Shown piece after piece: positions 49,477 through 59,135 of a DNA stretch of 64,000 bases. The stretch is from Gemmatimonadota bacterium. GTDB lineage: Bacteria; Gemmatimonadota; Gemmatimonadetes; Gemmatimonadales; GWC2-71-9. The notes under the pieces are model-generated. The model was not told the origin of the DNA. It ran no database searches and saw only the letters and a list, made by a program, of their open reading frames with translations. Each line of letters starts with the position of its first letter. Position 1 is the stretch's first letter. The position numbers were made by a program, and so were the translations under genes. The stretch is taken from contig JBDHKN010000007.1 in NCBI GenBank assembly GCA_039586365.1, positions 1 to 64,000 on the forward strand, written 5' to 3'.

Positions 49477-50898
49477 TCAGCTCTCCCGCAGCAACCAACA
49501 TACGACTTTCATCTCGGTCATCTCCTCGATCGAGAATCTAATCCCTTCTCGGCCCAACCCCGAATACTTGATGCCGCCAAACGGCATCGTATCGAGTCGG
49601 TAGTCGGTGCTGTCGTTGATCATTACGCCGCCGCATTCGAGCCCGTTCGCCAGTCTGAAAGCCATGTCCACGTTCTGTGTGAATAGAGCGGCGTGGAGCC
49701 CGAAGGGCAGGCTGTTTGCTTCGACAATGGCCTCATCCGCATCACGGATCGAATAGAGATTCACTGTCGGCCCAAACACCTCCTGGCAATGCACTTGCAC
49801 CGACTTCGGTACCCTTTCCAGCACGGTTGGCTGCACCAAGGCGCCGCTGCGCCCGCCACCCGTAAGAACCTCGGCTCCCGCTTCACTCGCAGCTCGGACC
49901 CATTTCACCACCCGGTCGGCCTCCTGTTCGGTGATCATAGGCCCCATATCGGTAGCTTCGTCTAGCTTGTCCCCAATCCTATAAGAAGCAGCGCGCTCCA
50001 CGACGTCATCACGGAACTTGGTGAAGATTTCTTCGTGAATGTAGATCCGTTGCACGCCGATGCAATTCTGACCCGCAGCCCAAAATGCTCCCGATACGCA
50101 CGACTCCACCGCCCAGTTGATGTCCGCGTCCTTCCAGACGATGACCGGGGAATTCGATCCCAGCTCCATGCCGATCTTCTTTACGCCTGCACGGGATGTG
50201 ATGTGCTTGCCAGCTTCGACGCCACCAGTGAACGAGATCATACGGACCCGCTCGTCGGAGACCAGGGGATCACCGATCACAGAACCGCTGCCAGTGAGGG
50301 TTTGCAGTGTCAACTGAGGCAGGCCAGCCTCGACAAAGGCTCGGGTCAACTCAAGTGCAGAGAGAGGAGTCACTGTAGCGGGTTTGAGGATGACAGCATT
50401 GCCAGATGCAATCGCGGGACCCAGTTTGTGCGCTACCAGGTTCAGCGGATCATTGAATGGCGTAATCGCCAGGACGACACCGACCGGGACTCTCTCGTAG
50501 TATCCACGTCGCTGCTCACCTCCTGGGAAGGTGTCGAACGGAATCGTCTCCCCGTGAATCCTTCGAGCTTCTTCGGCGGAGCTGCGCAAGGTGTTGACGC
50601 AACGAGACACCTCCTTGCGGGCCTCTCTGATCGTCTTGGAACCCTCACGTGCGATCGTCTGGGCAAAGTGGTCGCCGCGTTCCTCAACCATCCCGCCGAC
50701 TGCAGCCAGTATCCGAGCGCGTTCAAAAGCCGGTAGGTCCCGAGCGATTTTGGCACCCTCCACAGCGGCGGCCAACGCCGTCTCGACATCGGCCATCGTA
50801 GCCGACGGAACGGTATCTATCAACGAGTTGTCGAACGGATCGACGACCTCGATCCGTTCGGCGCGATCCACCCATGCACCAGCCAATAGCATTTCCAT
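49477..50898 (-). CDS. NAD(P)-dependent aldehyde dehydrogenase
   Basis: ITPFN.P, FTGG, MELGSN, AGQNC catalytic Cys, EVFGP, PFGG.K.SGLGREG. Confidence 0.95.
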   Translation of the reverse strand: MEMLLAGAWVDRAERIEVVDPFDNSLIDTVPSATMADVETALAAAVEGAKIARDLPAFERARILAAVGGMVEERGDHFAQTIAREGSKTIREARKEVSRCVNTLRSSAEEARRIHGETIPFDTFPGGEQRRGYYERVPVGVVLAITPFNDPLNLVAHKLGPAIASGNAVILKPATVTPLSALELTRAFVEAGLPQLTLQTLTGSGSVIGDPLVSDERVRMISFTGGVEAGKHITSRAGVKKIGMELGSNSPVIVWKDADINWAVESCVSGAFWAAGQNCIGVQRIYIHEEIFTKFRDDVVERAASYRIGDKLDEATDMGPMITEQEADRVVKWVRAASEAGAEVLTGGGRSGALVQPTVLERVPKSVQVHCQEVFGPTVNLYSIRDADEAIVEANSLPFGLHAALFTQNVDMAFRLANGLECGGVMINDSTDYRLDTMPFGGIKYSGLGREGIRFSIEEMTEMKVVCWLLRES

Positions 50899-50912
50899 GC
50901 CCAGACTCCAGT

Positions 50913-52001
50913 CTACCGAACAGGCTTGATCCGGCTCACCATCCCTACCGGTTCGCCCTCGCTCACCGGGGGTGTATCCACCACATAGTTCACGACGCCC
51001 GCGAAGGGTGCTCTGATCTCTTGGATTGGCTCGCCAAAGAAATCGATCAAAAGCCCCAATAGTCCACCTTCGGCAATAGCGTATCCGTCCCGAACCTTGG
51101 CCTGAAATATCCCAGTTGCAGGACTCCGGATCACCTCATAGTCTTCGAGCCAGACTATCTCGCCCGGAATGGTCACCTGCCCTGCTACCATATCTAGGTA
51201 GTGCAACACGTTCCAGACTCCCCGCACTGCCATATCTACCCAGACGGGATCATTCGATCCCAGGCGCCCGGTTTCCGTGGTGATTCCAGGCTTCCCCCGG
51301 GTGAGCGCAGTGTTTGATGTGTAGACAGAGGCGTTGGCATCCTGTGGTCGGTCGCCATCGATCACGATGTGATCCAAGCCAAACGCAACCACTAGACCTT
51401 TGGTCGCCGAATCGAGTTGTGCATTTCCACTAACCATCCAGTAACAGTACGGCCTGAGCGCCTCATTGCCGTCTCCGCCATGCATGTCGATCACGTAATC
51501 GGCCCGATCGATCACTTCCGTGGTGATAGCGTATGCGATACGATCGCTCACGGTCCCGTTGGAGTCCCCTGGGTATACCCGATTCAGGTTCTTCCCATCC
51601 ACTGGGCTGTAGTAGATCGTCCGCTGCAGAAACGATGGCATGTTGGCGATGTGCACCATGATGACAGTGCCGGAGAGTTCTGCTGGATCAATGTGCTTAC
51701 GCACTTGCTGCAGGGCAGTAATCGGAGGATACTCATAGCCGTGTGTGCCTGCAATGAGAGCGAGCACAGGACCAGGACGGGCACCATGCACCACAGTAAC
51801 GGGTATCTTGGCCCCCTCGTCGACTCCCCTGGGAACTTCGATGAAACCTGATACCTTTTCACCAACGCTGGCTCGAATCGGCCCTACGCTAAAGGCCTGT
51901 GGCCGCTGCGCATGCACCGGGTGGAGCCCGAACAGCAGACCCGACAACAGTAGCCATCCAATGTGCCTTTTCACTTTCTCTCTCCCCGTGCGACTCTTCA
52001 T
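50913..52001 (-). CDS. Succinylglutamate desuccinylase/aspartoacylase family protein with signal peptide
   Basis: AGTHGYE, NLNRVYPG, IDMHGGD, T.E.G; C-terminal barrel-sandwich domain. Confidence 0.88.
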   Translation of the reverse strand: MKSRTGREKVKRHIGWLLLSGLLFGLHPVHAQRPQAFSVGPIRASVGEKVSGFIEVPRGVDEGAKIPVTVVHGARPGPVLALIAGTHGYEYPPITALQQVRKHIDPAELSGTVIMVHIANMPSFLQRTIYYSPVDGKNLNRVYPGDSNGTVSDRIAYAITTEVIDRADYVIDMHGGDGNEALRPYCYWMVSGNAQLDSATKGLVVAFGLDHIVIDGDRPQDANASVYTSNTALTRGKPGITTETGRLGSNDPVWVDMAVRGVWNVLHYLDMVAGQVTIPGEIVWLEDYEVIRSPATGIFQAKVRDGYAIAEGGLLGLLIDFFGEPIQEIRAPFAGVVNYVVDTPPVSEGEPVGMVSRIKPVR

Positions 52002-52097
52002 GGTCGGCTGATATGTTTTGAGCAGACGTGACCATCAGCCACGCGCTGTAAGATGGGGCAGGAATGCTCACCACGCGACAAGTAGGATGGTGAACTC

Positions 52098-53540
52098 ATG
52101 GTCAACCCAGAAGAAAGACGCGCCGAGTCGAAAACGCAACGTCACCTCCTAGTCGGCCTTGGGATTCCATCCGTGGTAGCCTTGGCGATCTGGTTCGTAC
52201 CACCACCGAGGGGAGTGGAGCCGGCGGCGATGCATCTTCTGGCTATCTTCGCTGCCACAATCACCGGCATCATCCTTCAGCCCATCCCAATGGGTGCCGT
52301 GGCGATTTTGGGTATCACCGCAACTGCTGCCACTCATACCCTCTCCATTGATGAAGCCTTGACTGGATTCGGCAACCGAGTGATCTGGCTGATCGTGCTG
52401 GCGTTCTTCATCTCGCGTGGCTTCATCAAGACGGGTCTGGGAGCCCGGATCGCCTATCTGTTCATGGCGTGGCTCGGCCGGCGGACTCTTGGACTTGGCT
52501 ACGGACTCATTGCCACGGACTTGGTGTTGGCTCCCGCAATACCGAGCAACACGGCTCGTGCCGGCGGAGTGATCTTTCCAATCCTACAATCGGTGGCTCG
52601 AGCCTATGAGAGCCGTCCCGATGATGGAACTGCTCGTCGTATCGGTGCATTCCTGACCAAGGCATCGTATCAAGGGACGGTCATTACCAGCGCGATGTTC
52701 CTTACAGCCATGGCCGCCAATCCGCTTGCGGCCCAGCTGGCTGGAGATCAGGGCGTGCAAATCAGTTGGACGGTCTGGGCAATTGCCGCGCTGATTCCGG
52801 GCCTTGCCAGTCTCTCTCTCGTGCCGTACCTGATCTACAAGATTTATCCGCCTGAGATCGGAGAGACACCGGAAGCAGCGGAGCTGGCGAAGGATAGACT
52901 CCGTGAGATGGGACCGGTGCAACGTGACGAATGGGTCATGTTGAGCTGCTTCGTGCTCCTCCTAACTCTGTGGGTACTCGGTGAGCAACTGTCGCTACAC
53001 AGCACCGTGACGGCGATGGTAGGCTTGGCAGTCTTGCTGGTGACGGGCGTTCTCAGGTGGGACGATGTGCTGAACGAAACAGGCGCTTGGAACACGCTCG
53101 TGTGGTTTTCTGCCTTGGTGATGATGGCGTCGTTCCTCACCAAACTCGGCCTGATTCCATGGTTCAGTACCGCCGTCGGAACAGCGTTCGGCGGTGTCGG
53201 ATGGCTCACTGCATTCGTGGCCTTGAGCCTCATTTACTTCTACAGCCACTACTTTTTCGCCAGCAACACCGCCCACGTCAGTGCCATGTATGCACCGTTT
53301 CTCGGCGTTGCTCTTGCCGTTGGCACCCCGCCGCTATTGGCTGCATTGGTACTGGGCTTCTTCAGTAACCTGTTCAGTAGCATGACCCACTATGGCACAG
53401 GACCGGCACCGGTGCTGTTCGGCGCCGGCTACGTGAAGATCGCTGACTGGTGGAGAGTCGGCGTGATTGTCAGCCTGGTCAATGTGGTCATATGGCTTGG
53501 CCTCGGCGGCCTCTGGTGGAAGGTTCTTGGTTACTGGTAG
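52098..53540 (+). CDS. DASS-family di/tricarboxylate exchanger (CitT/DiT1-like)
   Basis: KTGLG.RIAY, PSNTARAGG, MFLTAMAANP, HYFFAS.TAH, THYGTGPAP. Confidence 0.94.
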   Translation: MVNPEERRAESKTQRHLLVGLGIPSVVALAIWFVPPPRGVEPAAMHLLAIFAATITGIILQPIPMGAVAILGITATAATHTLSIDEALTGFGNRVIWLIVLAFFISRGFIKTGLGARIAYLFMAWLGRRTLGLGYGLIATDLVLAPAIPSNTARAGGVIFPILQSVARAYESRPDDGTARRIGAFLTKASYQGTVITSAMFLTAMAANPLAAQLAGDQGVQISWTVWAIAALIPGLASLSLVPYLIYKIYPPEIGETPEAAELAKDRLREMGPVQRDEWVMLSCFVLLLTLWVLGEQLSLHSTVTAMVGLAVLLVTGVLRWDDVLNETGAWNTLVWFSALVMMASFLTKLGLIPWFSTAVGTAFGGVGWLTAFVALSLIYFYSHYFFASNTAHVSAMYAPFLGVALAVGTPPLLAALVLGFFSNLFSSMTHYGTGPAPVLFGAGYVKIADWWRVGVIVSLVNVVIWLGLGGLWWKVLGYW

Positions 53541-53663
53541 GATCAAATGTGTTGCCGCGGTGAACTCAAGGCGTGGACGATTGGCTGACGAGCTCGACTC
53601 TCCTTGACGCACGGCCAGCAACTGTCGAGAATGCACGGTCTATCCTAACCGGAGATGTAGAAT

Positions 53664-54278
53664 ATGCGGAGTTCCGTAGGTGCGATAACACTAATGTCTT
53701 TGGCCTTCACCGCAGCGTGTGTCAGTGACCGTACGGAGGAAGCGGACGAAGCAACTGCTACGGCGGAACCGGCGGCCACGGATTGCGGAGGAGGAGCTTC
53801 GAACGAGGTCGTGTTTTCCACCAGCATGGGCGATATCACTCTTGAACTCTATCCCGAACAGGCACCCATCACGGTGGAGAATTTCCTGGCCTATGTAGAA
53901 TCCTGTTTCTATGACGGCACAATCATCCACCGTGTTGCCCCTGGCTTCGTCATCCAGGGCGGCGGATTCACACCGGAGATGCAGCGGAAAGCCACGCGTC
54001 CACCGATCCAGAACGAAGCAGACAACGGATTGAAGAACGTGCGGGGGTCTCTCTCCATGGCCCGTACTGTGGCCGTCAATGGCGCCACTTCACAGTTCTT
54101 CATTAACGTCGCGGACAACGAGGTGCTCGATCACGGCGTGCGTGATTTCGGCTATGCGGTGTTCGCGCGAGTAACTGAAGGAATGGACGTCGTTGACGAG
54201 ATCGCAGCTGTCCGGACCGGAGCCGGCAGCGAAACACCAATAGAGCCGGTTGTCATCAGGTCGGCGAGACGTAAATAG
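53664..54278 (+). CDS. Cyclophilin-type peptidyl-prolyl isomerase, lipoprotein
   Basis: Lipobox [43 protein letters not shown]. Confidence 0.95.
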   Translation: MRSSVGAITLMSLAFTAACVSDRTEEADEATATAEPAATDCGGGASNEVVFSTSMGDITLELYPEQAPITVENFLAYVESCFYDGTIIHRVAPGFVIQGGGFTPEMQRKATRPPIQNEADNGLKNVRGSLSMARTVAVNGATSQFFINVADNEVLDHGVRDFGYAVFARVTEGMDVVDEIAAVRTGAGSETPIEPVVIRSARRK

Positions 54279-54315
54279 GCACTGTCGTTCCGAACTCAGC
54301 GTTGACTCATGGTGC

Positions 54316-54343
54316 AACGGGCGGCCCCACTAAGCCGCCCGTT
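54316..54343. terminator. Hairpin between convergent genes
   Basis: aacgggcggc / gccgcccgtt 10-bp stem. Confidence 0.5.
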
Positions 54344-54389
54344 CACACACTATTTCAGTGCCTAATAGTCACTAGAACTCCCTACCTTC

Positions 54390-55931
54390 TCACCGCGCAG
54401 TCCTGGGATAATCGTCGATATCCTCCAGGCTCCATGCGATGAAGCTCCGCAGGTCGTTGTTCGCGTTGGCGAGGTCCGGCTTCCGGAGATACATCATGTG
54501 ACCACTCTCATACCAGGAAAACCGGAAGCGATCCCGGAACTCTCCACCGGGCTGAATGTGAGAGATCGTGTAGACGGCGCTGTAGTAGTCGGTGGCGGCG
54601 TCGTAGTATCCCCCCTGGATCATGACCTTGAGATACGGGTTGTCCCGCATAGCTTGGCGGAGCATCTCTCCAACGTTGACCCCTTGGTCCCGGTTCCAGG
54701 GCCGCACGCTACCCCAAACATTGTACTCGAGGTCTGGGTTGTAGTTGAGTTCTTCCCGGAGATAGCGGTTCACAGCATCCGAGAACGGGCCATTCCAGTC
54801 CGACATGGCCGGATCATATTCGGGATTCTCCCCGGCAGCATCCTTGTCCACCCCAATGTAGCGGCTGTCAAGGCGCCCCACTGTGAGGCGCTGATCGCGT
54901 AACAGTTCTTTCCAGAAGCGTCGCGAGTCGATGCGAAGGTTCGCGGAGAGCACGTAGTCTGAGGTGAGGCCGGTGTACTGAGCCACTCTCCGAGCAATCT
55001 CGTCGCGCTCAGCGTCCTCTAGCCGGTCGCCCTTCACCAAGGCCTGTAAGTAATCACTCATGGCAAAGGTCTCCACCTCGTCCAGGAAGTCCCGGATGGC
55101 CCGAGATTGGAACTCACCGGAGAGCTGACCGTGGTACCAAGCCGTGGCGGCACGCTGAGGGAGGGACGTGGCGTAGGAGATATCCGGCCCGCGGTCCACG
55201 TCCAGCCCTGTCATAGAGACCAGGATGACCCCGTTCAAGAAGATGCGGTGCTGGCTAAGTAGGTAGCCGGCAAGCCCAGACGCACGAGTCGTCCCGTAGC
55301 TCTCCCCGATCAGGAATTTGGGAGACATCCACCGGTCCTTGCGGAGAATGTAGAGACGAATGAACTCTGCCACAGATTGAATGTCAGTCACCGTTCCGTG
55401 ATACTTGTGAAGTTCCTCTCCCTCCAGCATGCGGCTGAAACCGGTAGCTATCGGATCAATGTAGACTATGTCCGCCACGTCCAGGATCGAGTGCGGGTTG
55501 TCTTCTAGGTTGCCAGGAGGCCGCAGCGCGAACCCGTCATCATCGTAGACGACCCTCCGCGGGCCGGTGTAGCCAATGTGCATCCAGACAGAGGCGGTTC
55601 CCGGGCCGCCGTTGAATGAGAATACCAACGGCCGGGTATTCAGATCGTCGATACCGTCACGGGTATACGCGATGTAAAACATCTTGGCGGTCACCTTGCC
55701 GTCGTCGCGGATCGGGAGCCAACCAGCTTCGGCGGCGTAGCTGACGGTCTGCCCGCCGATGCGGGTGCTGTGTTGGGTCACGACCGGCTCATCCGGCAGT
55801 AACTCCGCTTCCTTGCCCGCCTTACCCGCCGCGGGCGGTGGGGGGCTGGTGGGCTGCTGTGCCAATGTGGGAATGGGCCACAACGCAAACGCACAGATGA
55901 TGAGCGCAGAGAGAACGCTTCGGTTCCTCAT
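54390..55931 (-). CDS. S10 serine carboxypeptidase, secreted
   Basis: FNGGPG, IDPI.TGFS, GESYG, GYYD.AT, SGHMMY. Confidence 0.93.
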   Translation of the reverse strand: MRNRSVLSALIICAFALWPIPTLAQQPTSPPPPAAGKAGKEAELLPDEPVVTQHSTRIGGQTVSYAAEAGWLPIRDDGKVTAKMFYIAYTRDGIDDLNTRPLVFSFNGGPGTASVWMHIGYTGPRRVVYDDDGFALRPPGNLEDNPHSILDVADIVYIDPIATGFSRMLEGEELHKYHGTVTDIQSVAEFIRLYILRKDRWMSPKFLIGESYGTTRASGLAGYLLSQHRIFLNGVILVSMTGLDVDRGPDISYATSLPQRAATAWYHGQLSGEFQSRAIRDFLDEVETFAMSDYLQALVKGDRLEDAERDEIARRVAQYTGLTSDYVLSANLRIDSRRFWKELLRDQRLTVGRLDSRYIGVDKDAAGENPEYDPAMSDWNGPFSDAVNRYLREELNYNPDLEYNVWGSVRPWNRDQGVNVGEMLRQAMRDNPYLKVMIQGGYYDAATDYYSAVYTISHIQPGGEFRDRFRFSWYESGHMMYLRKPDLANANNDLRSFIAWSLEDIDDYPRTAR

Positions 55932-56198
55932 CAGTTTCCTCCAGGCAACGGTAGGTGGGGCGGGACGGGTGCTGCCGCACGCAGCTCGAGCGCCCGGCGA
56001 CCCCAAACCTCGGAGCCCGTCCCAAGAGTCGTGATAAGTCTAACCGCACCGCCCCAGCACGCGAGGGTCCGCACCAGTCCCATGGACAGCCCCCACGCTC
56101 ATCGCGATACTTGAGATGGGACCATCGAGATATCTATCTTGGACAAGACCTGTCCTGATTACAGCGCTCCTCAGCAGCCACACACAACAAGGATGACT

Positions 56199-58538
56199 AT
56201 GCGATATCGTGCGTTGTTACTCGCCATGCTCGCCGTCGCTTCCCCAGCCGTCGCCCAGGAGGCATCACGGCAGGGAGCCCGGCGAGCCGTCACTGCTACC
56301 GACTACGCCCGCGCCGAGAAGTTCTTGCGCGCCAATACGAACCCTTTGGTTTTCGGGGCGACGGTCCGCCCGACCTGGCTCACAGACGACCGCTTCTGGT
56401 ATGGGAACCAGATGTCGGAGGGAACCGAGTTCGTCCTCGTGGATCCGAGGACGCGCACACGGGTGCGAGCTTTTGACCACGTCAGGTTGGCTGCAGCTCT
56501 CTCAGCAGAGTCGGACACGACGTACGATGCCTTCCACCTGCCATTCACCGAATTCGCGTTCTCGGCGGACGGCCGGTCGATCGAGTTCGACGTCGGACCC
56601 CGTCACTTCACCTGCGACGTGCAGGGCAACCAGTGCACCGCTGACCAGCTTCACCGCCCCAGGTCAGACCGCAACGTTGTGCTCTCACCTGATAGCGCGA
56701 CGGCCGCTTTCATCCGCGACCATAACCTGTGGGTGCGCGATCTCGCTACCGGTAGCGAGACCCAGCTCACCGTTGATGGGGTGGAGGATTTCGGCTACGC
56801 TACAAACAACGCTGGGTGGACCAAGAGTGACCGGCCGGTCCTCCTCTGGTCACCTGACTCGAAGAAGATCGCCACGTTCCAGCATGACGGCCGGGGTGTG
56901 GGAGAGATGTACCTGGTTACGACCGAGGTGGGGCACCCGACGCTGGAGGCCTGGAAGTACCCACTCCCGGAGGACAGTGTCATTTTCCGGATCCATCGGG
57001 TAGTGATCCATCTCGATGGCCCTCGTGTTGTCCCTCTCCAGATGCCGCCTGATCAGCACCGCTCAACCATCTGCGACCACATCGCTTGCCGAGGCGCGGG
57101 ATTCTCTGACGTCGAATGGAGCCCAGATGCCTCCCAGCTCGCGTTTGTTTCCACATCGCGTGACCACAAGCACGAGGTTCTCCGAGTTGCCGATCCCGAG
57201 ACGGGCTTGGTGCGCGACGTTATGGAGGAAACGGTGGAGACCTTCTTCGAGTCCGGGTTCAACATGGTCAACTGGCACTTTCTCCCAGGATCGAACGAAG
57301 TGATCTGGTTTTCCCAACGCGACGACTGGGGACACCTGTACCTCTATGACCTAGCGACCGGCCAGCTCAAGAACCGCATCACCAGCGGCGACTGGACAGT
57401 GCTTCAGCTTCTGCGGATCGATGAGGAGAACCGCAGGCTCTACTTCACTGCAGCGGGGCGCGAAGCCGGAGACCCGTACTTTCAATACCTCTACAGCGTT
57501 CAGATGGACGGAAGGAACCTCACTCTGCTCACCCCGGACAGCGCGAACCACACCATTACGTTGTCTCCTTCCGGTCGGTACTTCGTCGATAGCTACTCCA
57601 CGCCGGTTGTACCTCCAGTCACAGTGGTCCGAGACACCCGGGGCCGGTCCAGGCTCACTGTGGAAGAGGCCGACATCTCGCGCCTTGTGGCCAGCGGATG
57701 GCAACCGCCGATTCCCATCACGGTAAAGGCCCGTGACGGCACGACCGATCTCTACGGATTGATGTACCAGCCAACGAACTTCGATCCCAACCAGAAGTAC
57801 CCGATCGTCAACTACATCTACCCTGGACCGCAGACGGGAAGCGTGGGGAGTCGCAGCTTCAATCCATCACGGGGTGACAAGCAGTCGATAGCCGAACTGG
57901 GCTTCGTTGTCGTTGAGATTGACGCCATGGGGACGCCGATGCGCTCGAAATCCTTTCACGCCGCGTATTACGGCGACATGGGTGACAATGGACTCCCCGA
58001 TCAGATCGCCGGGATGAAGGAACTGGCCCGGCGCCACCCCTGGCTCGACATTGATCGCGTGGGAATCTACGGACATTCCGGTGGCGGATTCGCCTCAACC
58101 GATGCTATTCTCCGCTACCCCGACTTCTTCGATGTGGCGGTCTCGGGGGCAGGAAACCACGACAACCGGAACTACGAGGATGACTGGGGAGAGAAGTGGC
58201 AGGGGCTGCTCGAGACCTACCCCGATGGTACCACCAATTATGACAACCAGGCCAACCAGTTATTGGCCGAGAACCTCAAGGGCAAGCTCCTCGTCGCTCA
58301 CGGCACGATGGACAGCAACGTTCCGCCGTACAACACCCTGGTCGTGGTGGACGCGTTGATCGCCGCCAACAAGGACTTTGATCTGATCCTCTTCCCCAAC
58401 CGTGGCCACGGGTTCGGCAGCGAACCTTACATGATGCGGCGCCGCTGGGATTACTTCGTGCGCCATCTATTGGGTGCCGAACCGCCAGAGGAATACCAGT
58501 TTCAGGTGGATGCAACACCAAGAAGGCCACCCATGTAG
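56199..58538 (+). CDS. S9B dipeptidyl peptidase IV-like, secreted
   Basis: Signal peptide; DPP IV N-terminal propeller, YPGP, GHSGGG, D.NV, HG. Confidence 0.93.
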   Translation: MRYRALLLAMLAVASPAVAQEASRQGARRAVTATDYARAEKFLRANTNPLVFGATVRPTWLTDDRFWYGNQMSEGTEFVLVDPRTRTRVRAFDHVRLAAALSAESDTTYDAFHLPFTEFAFSADGRSIEFDVGPRHFTCDVQGNQCTADQLHRPRSDRNVVLSPDSATAAFIRDHNLWVRDLATGSETQLTVDGVEDFGYATNNAGWTKSDRPVLLWSPDSKKIATFQHDGRGVGEMYLVTTEVGHPTLEAWKYPLPEDSVIFRIHRVVIHLDGPRVVPLQMPPDQHRSTICDHIACRGAGFSDVEWSPDASQLAFVSTSRDHKHEVLRVADPETGLVRDVMEETVETFFESGFNMVNWHFLPGSNEVIWFSQRDDWGHLYLYDLATGQLKNRITSGDWTVLQLLRIDEENRRLYFTAAGREAGDPYFQYLYSVQMDGRNLTLLTPDSANHTITLSPSGRYFVDSYSTPVVPPVTVVRDTRGRSRLTVEEADISRLVASGWQPPIPITVKARDGTTDLYGLMYQPTNFDPNQKYPIVNYIYPGPQTGSVGSRSFNPSRGDKQSIAELGFVVVEIDAMGTPMRSKSFHAAYYGDMGDNGLPDQIAGMKELARRHPWLDIDRVGIYGHSGGGFASTDAILRYPDFFDVAVSGAGNHDNRNYEDDWGEKWQGLLETYPDGTTNYDNQANQLLAENLKGKLLVAHGTMDSNVPPYNTLVVVDALIAANKDFDLILFPNRGHGFGSEPYMMRRRWDYFVRHLLGAEPPEEYQFQVDATPRRPPM

Positions 58539-58683
58539 TCTCAGGCCACAATGAACCGGGGGTGAGTGACGCATTCATGGCGATATTCGAGAGGTCGGAC
58601 CAGCTCTCGGAGGGCGATGGACTGTGACGATACCAATTCAACGGATTTGATGTGCTGAAACGATCAGAGATGGTCGAGCGTAG

Positions 58684-58959
58684 CTAGCCAGCACTCCGGA
58701 AATACATCAGCCCGAAGAGCACGAAGGCCAACAATCCGAGGCCTACAGCAAGCACGACCACTGCGGCCCTCTGTCTGAGTTGACCTGCGCCCGCCCTCAT
58801 CCCCACGATCCGGATGGCCTGCTGAACATCCTTGGCGTCAATCCTCGGGTGACGGTCCTGGAACTCTTCGATCAGGCACTCGAGTTCTCTCGCCAGTTCC
58901 TGCGCCTCCAATGTCGCCTGAGGTGGAGGCACATAGGTAGTGGGAGGAATGAACGTCAT
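58684..58959 (-). CDS. Small hypothetical protein with C-terminal membrane anchor
   Basis: Pro-rich start, helical middle, single C-terminal TM helix; RBS-like ggag upstream. Confidence 0.55.
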   Translation of the reverse strand: MTFIPPTTYVPPPQATLEAQELARELECLIEEFQDRHPRIDAKDVQQAIRIVGMRAGAGQLRQRAAVVVLAVGLGLLAFVLFGLMYFRSAG

Positions 58960-59135
58960 CCTGCACTCCAATCTTGCTGATGGGGACGTTTCGGGAGCCC
59001 GACCGTACTGCTCCCACATCTATAGCCTAGAGCCCGACATACCCGCGCCAGAAACGGAGTTCCCTCACATGTCAGATCGAATCCCACTAGTCGTCAGCCG
59101 CGTCCATCCATAACGATCAGCGTATCTCTGCAACT

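Noticed and set aside
26383..52001. Ectoine catabolic pathway from the EutC-like, AstE/EutE-like and aldehyde dehydrogenase genes
   Set aside because: The genes are not clustered, EutD/EutB/transporter genes are absent, and the AstE-like protein has a signal peptide.
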